Positions 18,144-27,200 of a DNA stretch of 64,000 nucleotides are shown piece by piece (positions within the stretch are counted from its first letter, which is position 1; each line of letters opens with the position of its first letter). A model generated the notes under the pieces. That model had not been told where the DNA came from. It saw only the letters and a program-made list of their open reading frames with translations, and did no database searches. This DNA is from an uncultured Bacteroidota bacterium (GTDB taxonomy: Bacteria; Bacteroidota; Bacteroidia; Bacteroidales; VadinHA17), in contig CAVUVD010000019.1 in the NCBI GenBank assembly GCA_963744745.1, forward strand, positions 427,651 through 491,650, read 5' to 3'. The translations under genes were made by a program, and so were the position numbers.

Positions 18144-20655
18144 TGGACCGTTCTGCGGCACCGGTGCAGGGATGCTCACCTGGACAGCAACGAGTGGTAC
18201 AGGACCGATACACAGTGATATACAATGACGGAACAGCGGACCGTACAGAGAGTGGAGTAGTAAGCGGAACACCGTTTGCAGTGTTCACCACACCGGTCAC
18301 CTCAACGACAACCTATACGCTTGTATCTGTAGAAGATGCCACGACATGTATAAGAAGTGCAGGGTTCACGGTAGGCGCAGCCACAATCACCGTCAACCCG
18401 CAGCCACAGGGCAGCCTTACATCTAACGGACCGTTCTGCGGCACCGGTGCAGGCATGCTCACCTGGACAGCAACGAGTGGTACAGGTCCGTATACAGTGA
18501 TCTACAATGATGGAACAGCCGACCGTACAGAGAGTGGAGTAGTAAGCGGAACACCGTTTGCAGTGTTCACCACACCGGTCATCTCAACGACAACCTATAC
18601 GCTTGTATCGGTAGAAGATGCCACGACATGTATAAGAAGTGCAGGATTCACAGGAGGCGCAGCCACAATCACAGTCAACCCGCAGCCACAGGGCAGCCTT
18701 GCATCTAACGGACCGTTCTGCGGCACCGGTGCAGGCATGCTCACCTGGACAGCAACGAGTGGTACAGGACCGTACACAGTGATATACAATGACGGAACAG
18801 CGGACCGTACAGAGAGTGGAGTAGTAAGCGGAACACCGTTTGCAGTGTTCACCACACCGGTAACCTCAACGACAACCTATACACTTGTATCGGTAGAAGA
18901 TGCCACGACATGTATAAGAAGTGCAGGATTCACGGGAGGCGCAGCCACAATCACCGTCAACCCTCAGCCACAGGGCAGCCTTACATCTAACGGACCGTTC
19001 TGCGGCACCGGTGCAGGGATGCTCACCTGGACAGCAACGAGTGGTACAGGACCGTACACAGTGATATACAATGATGGAACAGCCGACCGTACAGAGAGTG
19101 GAGTAGTAAGCGGAACACCGTTTGCAGTGTTCACCACACCTGTCACCTCAACGACAACCTATACGCTTGTATCTGTAGAAGATGCCACGACATGTATAAG
19201 AAGTGCAGGGTTCACGGAGGCGCAGCCACAATCACCGTCAATCCTCAGCCACAGGGCAGCCTTACAGCTAACGGACCGTTCTGCGGCACCGGTGCAGGGA
19301 TGCTCACCTGGACAGCAACGAGTGGTACAGGTCCGTATACAGTGATATACAATGACGGAACAGCCGACCGTACAGAGAGTGGAGTAGTAAGCGGAACACC
19401 GTTTGCAGTGTTCACCACACCGGTCACCTCAACGACAACCTATACGCTTGTATCGGTAGAAGATGCCACGACATGTATAAGAAGTGCAGGGTTCACGGTA
19501 GGCGCAGCCACAATCACCGTCAACCCTCAGCCACAGGGCAGCCTTACATCTAACGGACCGTTCTGCGGCGCCGGTGCAGGGATGCTCACCTGGACAGCAA
19601 CGAGTGGTACAGGTCCATATACAGTGATATACAATGATGGAACAGCCGACCGTACAGAAAATGGAGTAGTAAGCGGAACACCGTTTGCAGTGTTCACCAC
19701 ACCGGTCACCTCAACGACAACCTATACGCTTGTATCTGTAGAAGATGCCACGACATGTATAAGAAGTGCAGGGTTCACGGTAGGCGCAGCCACAATTACC
19801 GTCAACCCTCAGCCACAGGGCAGCCTTACATCTAACGGACCGTTCTGCGGCGCCGGGGCAGGGATGCTCACCTGGACAGCAACGAGTGGTACAGGTCCGT
19901 ATACAGTGATATACAATGATGGAACAGCCGACCGTACAGAAAATGGAGTAGTAAGCGGAACACCGTTTGCAGTGTTCACCACACCGGTCACCTCAACGAC
20001 AACCTATACACTTGTATCGGTAGAAGATGCCACGACATGTATAAGAAGTGCAGGGTTCACGGTAGGCGCAGCCACAATCACAGTCAACCCGCAGCCACAG
20101 GGCAGCCTTACAGCCAACGGACCGTTCTGCGGCACCGGTGCAGGGATGCTCACCTGGACAGCAACGAGTGGTACAGGTCCATATACAGTGATATACAATG
20201 ATGGAACAGCCGACCGTACAGAAAATGGAGTAGTAAGCGGAACACCGTTTGCAGTGTTCACCACACCTGTCACCTCAACGACAACCTATACGCTTGTATC
20301 TGTAGAAGATGCCACGACATGTATAAGAAGTGCAGGATTCACGGTAGGCGCAGCCACAATCACCGTCAACCCTCAGCCACAGGGCAGCCTTACAGCCAAC
20401 GGACCGTTCTGCGGCACCGGTGCAGGCATGCTCACCTGGACAGCAACGAGTGGTACAGGTCCATATACAGTGATATACAATGACGGAACAGCGGACCGTA
20501 CAGAGAGTGGAGTAGTAAGCGGAACACCGTTTGCAGTGTTCACCACACCTGTCACCTCAACGACAACCTATACACTTGTATCGGTAGAAGATGCCACGAC
20601 ATGTATAAGAAGTGCAGGGTTCACGGTAGGCGCAGCCACAATAACAGTCAACCCT
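17454..20655 (+). repeat. tandem 282-bp (94-aa) repeat block A: 11 units plus a 100-nt partial unit
   Basis: The unit is QPQGSLTSNGPFCGTGAGMLTWTATSGTGPYTVIYNDGTADRTESGVVSGTPFAVFTTPVTSTTTYTLVSVEDATTCIRSAGFTVGAATITVNP. The length 3202 nt equals 11 x 282 + 100 + 1 - 1. Confidence 0.9.
18143..19345 (+). CDS. giant adhesin, segment 2 (repeat units only)
   Basis: The repeat-unit sequence is in frame from about 18209 (YTVIYNDGTADRT...) to about 19217, where a 1-nt deletion shifts the frame. Confidence 0.6.
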   Translation: MDRSAAPVQGCSPGQQRVVQDRYTVIYNDGTADRTESGVVSGTPFAVFTTPVTSTTTYTLVSVEDATTCIRSAGFTVGAATITVNPQPQGSLTSNGPFCGTGAGMLTWTATSGTGPYTVIYNDGTADRTESGVVSGTPFAVFTTPVISTTTYTLVSVEDATTCIRSAGFTGGAATITVNPQPQGSLASNGPFCGTGAGMLTWTATSGTGPYTVIYNDGTADRTESGVVSGTPFAVFTTPVTSTTTYTLVSVEDATTCIRSAGFTGGAATITVNPQPQGSLTSNGPFCGTGAGMLTWTATSGTGPYTVIYNDGTADRTESGVVSGTPFAVFTTPVTSTTTYTLVSVEDATTCIRSAGFTEAQPQSPSILSHRAALQLTDRSAAPVQGCSPGQQRVVQVRIQ

Positions 20656-21822
20656 CTGCCGACCCAACCTGGAGTTTTTACTGACTCAGATGCAACAGTA
20701 TGCCAGGGTGAAGGTGGTGTATTGTACACAGTTCCGAATGATCTTACTGTAACCTATAGCTGGAGTTACGATGGTGCAGATGCAACAATAAATGGAACCG
20801 GGAATTCGGTAACAGTTGACTTTTCCACGACAGCAACATCGGGTACTCTATCAGTGGCAGCGACAAACGGATGCGGAACAAGCACAGCAAGGACTATTGA
20901 CATCACGGTGAATCCTCTGCCAGCCCAACCTGGAGCATTCACAGCATCAGAGGCATCAGTCTGTCAGGGAGAGAACGGAGTAGAATACACTGTTCCTCTT
21001 GATGCAACTGTATCCTATAACTGGAACTATGACGGTACCGGAGCAACTATTAACGGGAGCAGTAATAGCATAACAGTTGATTTCTCGATAACTGCAACAG
21101 CCGGAACTCTTTCAGTAACAGCCACAAACGGATGTGGCACAAGTTCTGCAAGGACAATAGATATTACAATCAATCCTCTTCCCGCCCAGCCTGGAGCATT
21201 CACAGCATTCACAACACCAGTCTGCCAGGGAGAGAGTGGAGTTATATACACTGTTCCAAATGACCTTGCCGCTTCCGGTTATACATGGTCTTACAGCGGA
21301 ACAGGTGCCATAATAAATGGTACCACCAATTCTGTAACAGTTGACTTCTCAGCAACAGCAACATCTGGAACATTATCAGTCACAGCCGACAATGGTTGTG
21401 GTTCCAGCCTGGCAAGAACAATTGATATCACGGTTAACCCGCAGCCACAGGGGAGCCTTACATCTAACGGACCGTTCTGCGGCACCGGTGCAGGCATGCT
21501 CACCTGGACAGCAACGAGTGGTACAGGTCCGTATACAGTGATATACAATGACGGAACAGCCGACCGTACAGCAAATGGAGTAGTAAGCGGAACACCGTTT
21601 GCAGTGTTCACCACACCGGTCACCTCAACGACAACCTATACGCTGGTATCTGTAGAAGATGCCACGACATGTATAAGAAGTGCAGGGTTCACGGAGGCGC
21701 AGCCACAATCACCGTCAATCCTCAGCCACAGGGCAGCCTTACAGCTAACGGACCGTTCTGCGGCACCGGTGCAGGGATGCTCACCTGGACAGCAACGAGT
21801 GGTACAGGTCCGTATACAGTGA
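19192..21822 (+). CDS. giant adhesin, segment 3 (5 repeat units, 3 PLPxQPG modules, 1 unit)
   Basis: The in-frame repeat sequence runs from about 19218 to about 21694, where the same 1-nt deletion recurs. Confidence 0.6.
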   Translation: MYKKCRVHGGAATITVNPQPQGSLTANGPFCGTGAGMLTWTATSGTGPYTVIYNDGTADRTESGVVSGTPFAVFTTPVTSTTTYTLVSVEDATTCIRSAGFTVGAATITVNPQPQGSLTSNGPFCGAGAGMLTWTATSGTGPYTVIYNDGTADRTENGVVSGTPFAVFTTPVTSTTTYTLVSVEDATTCIRSAGFTVGAATITVNPQPQGSLTSNGPFCGAGAGMLTWTATSGTGPYTVIYNDGTADRTENGVVSGTPFAVFTTPVTSTTTYTLVSVEDATTCIRSAGFTVGAATITVNPQPQGSLTANGPFCGTGAGMLTWTATSGTGPYTVIYNDGTADRTENGVVSGTPFAVFTTPVTSTTTYTLVSVEDATTCIRSAGFTVGAATITVNPQPQGSLTANGPFCGTGAGMLTWTATSGTGPYTVIYNDGTADRTESGVVSGTPFAVFTTPVTSTTTYTLVSVEDATTCIRSAGFTVGAATITVNPLPTQPGVFTDSDATVCQGEGGVLYTVPNDLTVTYSWSYDGADATINGTGNSVTVDFSTTATSGTLSVAATNGCGTSTARTIDITVNPLPAQPGAFTASEASVCQGENGVEYTVPLDATVSYNWNYDGTGATINGSSNSITVDFSITATAGTLSVTATNGCGTSSARTIDITINPLPAQPGAFTAFTTPVCQGESGVIYTVPNDLAASGYTWSYSGTGAIINGTTNSVTVDFSATATSGTLSVTADNGCGSSLARTIDITVNPQPQGSLTSNGPFCGTGAGMLTWTATSGTGPYTVIYNDGTADRTANGVVSGTPFAVFTTPVTSTTTYTLVSVEDATTCIRSAGFTEAQPQSPSILSHRAALQLTDRSAAPVQGCSPGQQRVVQVRIQ
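20656..21441 (+). repeat. three ~87-aa PLP(T/A)QPG...CQGE...NGCG modules, copy 1 of a 786-bp duplicated block
   Basis: Nearly identical to 24261-25046 (offset 3605 nt). I saw only two amino-acid differences (SVAATNGCGTSTAR vs SVEATNGCGTSAAR). Confidence 0.9.
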
Positions 21823-24260
21823 TATACAATGATGGAACAGCCGACCGTACAGAAAATGGAGTAGTAAGCGGAACACCGTTTGCAGTGTTCACCACACCGG
21901 TCACCTCAACGACAACCTATACGCTTGTATCTGTAGAAGATGCCACGACATGTATAAGAAGTGCAGGGTTCACGGTAGGCGCAGCCACAATCACCGTCAA
22001 CCCTCAGCCACAGGGCAGCCTTACAGCTAACGGACCGTTCTGCGGCACCGGTGCAGGCATGCTCACCTGGACAGCAACGAGTGGTACAGGACCATATACA
22101 GTGATATACAATGATGGAACAGCCGACCGTACAGAAAATGGAGTAGTAAGCGGAACACCGTTTGCAGTGTTCACCACACCGGTCACCTCAACGACAACCT
22201 ATACGCTTGTATCGGTAGAAGATGCCACGACATGTATAAGAAGTGCAGGGTTCACGGTAGGCGCAGCCACAATCACCGTCAACCCTCAGCCACAGGGCAG
22301 CCTTACATCTAACGGACCGTTCTGCGGCACCGGTGCAGGCATGCTCACCTGGACAGCAACGAGTGGTACAGGTCCGTATACAGTGATATACAATGACGGA
22401 ACAGCCGACCGTACAGAAAATGGAGTAGTAAGCGGAACACCGTTTGCAGTGTTCACCACACCTGTCACCTCAACGACAACCTATACGCTTGTATCGGTAG
22501 AAGATGCCACGACATGTATAAGAAGTGCAGGATTCACGGTAGGCGCAGCCACAATCACCGTCAACCCTCAGCCACAGGGCAGCCTTACATCTAACGGACC
22601 GTTCTGCGGCACCGGTGCAGGCATGCTCACCTGGACAGCAACGAGTGGTACAGGTCCGTATACAGTGATATACAATGATGGAACAGCCGACCGTACAGAG
22701 AGTGGAGTAGTAAGCGGAACACCGTTTGCAGTGTTCACCACACCGGTCACCTCAACGACAACCTATACGCTTGTATCGGTAGAAGATGCCACGACATGTA
22801 TAAGAAGTGCAGGATTCACAGGAGGCGCAGCCACAATCACCGTCAACCCGCAGCCACAGGGCAGCCTTACATCTAACGGACCGTTCTGCGGCACCGGTGC
22901 AGGCATGCTCACCTGGACAGCAACGAGTGGTACAGGTCCGTATACAGTGATATACAATGACGGAACAGCCGACCGTACAGAGAGTGGAGTAGTAAGCGGA
23001 ACACCGTTTGCAGTGTTCACCACACCGGTAACCTCAACGACAACCTATACGCTTGTATCTGTAGAAGATGCCACGACATGTATAAGAAGTGCAGGGTTCA
23101 CGGTAGGCGCAGCCACAATCACCGTCAACCCTCAGCCACAGGGCAGCCTTACATCTAACGGACCGTTCTGCGGCGCCGGTGCAGGGATGCTCACCTGGAC
23201 AGCAACGAGTGGTACAGGACCATATACAGTGATATACAATGATGGAACAGCCGACCGTACAGAAAATGGAGTAGTAAGCGGAACACCGTTTGCAGTGTTC
23301 ACCACACCGGTCACCTCAACGACAACCTATACGCTTGTATCTGTAGAAGATGCCACGACATGTATAAGAAGTGCAGGGTTCACGGTAGGCGCAGCCACAA
23401 TTACCGTCAACCCTCAGCCACAGGGCAGCCTTACATCTAACGGACCGTTCTGCGGCGCCGGGGCAGGGATGCTCACCTGGACAGCAACGAGTGGTACAGG
23501 TCCGTATACAGTGATATACAATGATGGAACAGCCGACCGTACAGAAAATGGAGTAGTAAGCGGAACACCGTTTGCAGTGTTCACCACACCGGTCACCTCA
23601 ACGACAACCTATACGCTTGTATCTGTAGAAGATGCCACGACATGTATAAGAAGTGCAGGGTTCACGGTAGGCGCAGCCACAATCACCGTCAACCCTCAGC
23701 CACAGGGCAGCCTTACATCTAACGGACCGTTCTGCGGCGCCGGGGCAGGGATGCTCACCTGGACAGCAACGAGTGGTACAGGTCCATATACAGTGATATA
23801 CAATGATGGAACAGCCGACCGTACAGAAAATGGAGTAGTAAGCGGAACACCGTTTGCAGTGTTCACCACACCGGTCACCTCAACGACAACCTATACGCTT
23901 GTATCGGTAGAAGATGCCACGACATGTATAAGAAGTGCAGGATTCACGGTAGGCGCAGCCACAATCACCGTCAACCCTCAGCCACAGGGCAGCCTTACAG
24001 CTAACGGACCGTTCTGCGGCACCGGTGCAGGCATGCTCACCTGGACAGCAACGAGTGGTACAGGTCCATATACAGTGATATACAATGATGGAACAGCGGA
24101 CCGTACAGAGAGTGGAGTAGTAAGCGGAACACCGTTTGCAGTGTTCACCACACCTGTCACCTCAACGACAACCTATACACTTGTATCGGTAGAAGATGCC
24201 ACGACATGTATAAGAAGTGCAGGGTTCACGGTAGGCGCAGCCACAATAACAGTCAACCCT
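21442..24260 (+). repeat. tandem 282-bp repeat block B: 10 units
   Basis: The length 2819 nt equals 10 x 282 - 1. Units are near-identical to those of block A. Confidence 0.9.
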
Positions 24261-27200
24261 CTGCCGACCCAACCTGGAGTTTTTACTGACTCAGATGCAA
24301 CAGTATGCCAGGGTGAAGGTGGTGTATTGTACACAGTTCCGAATGATCTTACTGTAACCTATAGCTGGAGTTACGATGGTGCAGATGCAACAATAAATGG
24401 AACCGGGAATTCGGTAACAGTTGACTTTTCCACGACAGCAACATCGGGTACTCTATCAGTGGAAGCGACCAACGGATGCGGAACAAGTGCAGCAAGGACT
24501 ATTGACATCACGGTGAATCCTCTGCCAGCCCAACCTGGAGCATTCACAGCATCAGAGGCATCAGTCTGTCAGGGAGAGAACGGAGTAGAATACACTGTTC
24601 CTCTTGATGCAACTGTATCCTATAACTGGAACTATGACGGTACCGGAGCAACTATTAACGGGAGCAGTAATAGCATAACAGTTGATTTCTCGATAACTGC
24701 AACAGCCGGAACTCTTTCAGTAACAGCCACAAACGGATGTGGCACAAGTTCTGCAAGGACAATAGATATTACAATCAATCCTCTTCCCGCCCAGCCTGGA
24801 GCATTCACAGCATTCACAACACCAGTCTGCCAGGGAGAGAGTGGAGTTATATACACTGTTCCAAATGACCTTGCCGCTTCCGGTTATACATGGTCTTACA
24901 GCGGAACAGGTGCCATAATAAATGGTACCACCAATTCTGTAACAGTTGACTTCTCAGCAACAGCAACATCTGGAACATTATCAGTCACAGCCGACAATGG
25001 TTGTGGTTCCAGCCTGGCAAGAACAATTGATATCACGGTTAACCCGCAGCCACAGGGGAGCCTTACATCTAACGGACCGTTCTGCGGCACCGGTGCAGGC
25101 ATGCTCACCTGGACAGCAACAAGTGGTACAGGTCCGTATACAGTGATATACAATGACGGAACAGCCGACCGTACAGAAAATGGAGTAGTAAGCGGAACAC
25201 CGTTTGCAGTGTTCACCACACCTGTAACCTCAACAACAACCTATACGCTGGTATCTGTAGAAGATGCCACGACATGTATAAGAAGTGCAGGATTCACAGG
25301 AGGCGCAGCCACAATCACCGTCAATCCTCAGCCACAGGGCAGCCTTACAGCTAACGGACCGTTCTGCGGCACCGGTGCAGGGATGCTCACCTGGACAGCA
25401 ACGAGTGGTACAGGACCGTACACAGTGATATACAATGATGGAACAGCCGACCGTACAGCGAGTGGAGTAGTAAGCGGAACACCGTTTGCAGTGTTCACCA
25501 CACCGGTCACCTCAACGACAACCTATACGCTTGTATCTGTAGAAGATGCCACCACATGCATGAGAAATGCAGGATTCACAGGTGGTACAACCACTATAAC
25601 TGTAAATCAGGAGGTTCAGGGTAGTCTTACATCCAACGGACCGTTCTGCGGCACCGGTGCAGGCATGCTCACCTGGACAGCAACAAGTGGTACAGGACCG
25701 TATACAGTGATATACAATGACGGTACAGCTGATCGCACAGAGAGTGGAGTAGTAAGCGGGACACCATTTGCAGTGTTCACCACACCAGTCGGTTCAACGA
25801 CAACATACACGCTGATATCTGTATCAGATGCCGGATCTTGCTCCAGGAATGCGGGGTTCACGGGAGGCACAGCTACAATCACAGTGAACCCGCAGCCACA
25901 GGGCAGCCTTACAGCCAACGGACCGTTCTGCATCACAGGGGCAGGCATGCTTACCTGGACAGCTACCTCGGGTACAGGACCATTTACAGTTGTATACAAT
26001 GATGGTACAGCCGATCGTACAGAAAATGGAGTGGTAAGCGGAACCCCATTTGCAGTGTTTACAACGCCTGTTGCCTCAACGACAACCTATACACTGGTGT
26101 CAGTAACAGATGAGACCACCACATGCATTAGAAATGCGGGATTCACCGGAAATACAGCCACTATCACGGTAAACACAGTACCAACAGTCACAATAACAGA
26201 TCCCGTTCCAATATGTGCCCCATTGACGGTTGATCTCACAGCACCAGCAGTAACTTCGGGCAGCACTGCAGGTCTTACCTATACATACTGGACTGATGCA
26301 TCAGCTACAATCGTCCTTACAGGTGAGACTGCAGTAGGAGTGACGGGAACGTATTATATAAAAGGCACAGATCCTGCAACAACATGTTATTCCATGCAGC
26401 CTGTAGCAGTAATAATTAATGCTTTACCAACAGTTACAATAACTAATCCGGCATCTGTATGTGATCCATCAACAGTAGATCTTACAGCAGGTGCGGTAAC
26501 CTTAGGCAGCACTGCAGGTCTTACCTATACATATTGGACCGATGCAGCAGCGACCATTGCTCTTGCAGGAGAATCTGCCGTTGCTGTTTCCGGGACATAT
26601 TACATCAAGGGAACTGATCCAGTAACTTCTTGTTTCTCGATCCAGCCTGTTACTGTCACAATCAATCCTCTGCTACCTGTAAGTGTATCAATTACAGCGA
26701 ACAGCAATCCTGTTTGTTCCGGTGCAACTATCCAGTTTACAGCTACTCCAACTAATCAAGGTACTTCTCCTTTATACCAGTGGTTCAATGGAGCTACTCC
26801 TGTTGGCACAAATAGTTCCACATATTCCTATGTCCCGGCTGATGGGGAAAGTATAACTGTAATGCTTACATCGAGTGAAACTTGCCAGAGTGGAGGACCG
26901 GCTACGTCGAATATAATCACAACTGATGTGAATCCGGTAATTAACGTTTCAGCAGTACCCACACACATTCTTTGCAATGGGGCTTCCACAGGCGAGATAA
27001 GCATCACAGTTACCGGAGGTACTGCTCCATATTCATTTGCCTGGACGGGTACCGTAGTTAATCCGACTTCTGAAGATCAAACCGGGCTTACAGCAAGTAA
27101 TTACTCCGTAACAGTTACTGACGCTTCATCATGTAGTGTTTCAGCAAATTCTGTAATTAATCAGCCAACAGCTGTGACAGGTTCAGTAGTGTCACAGAAT

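Noticed and set aside
17426-25999. A regular series of 60-127-aa minus-strand ORFs (MTGVVNTANGVPLTTP...)
   Set aside because: They recur with the 282-bp period because they are the antisense reading of the coding repeat. They have no independent start context and lie wholly inside a strongly supported plus-strand gene.
17454-26177. Could the regular repeat array be a CRISPR array?
   Set aside because: The period is 282 bp with no unique spacers. The units are contiguous, in frame and translate into a coherent protein domain. No cas genes are present.
17454-26177. Diversity-generating retroelement as the source of the few variable residues
   Set aside because: There is no reverse transcriptase or template repeat in the window. 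The variable nucleotide positions are not restricted to adenines.
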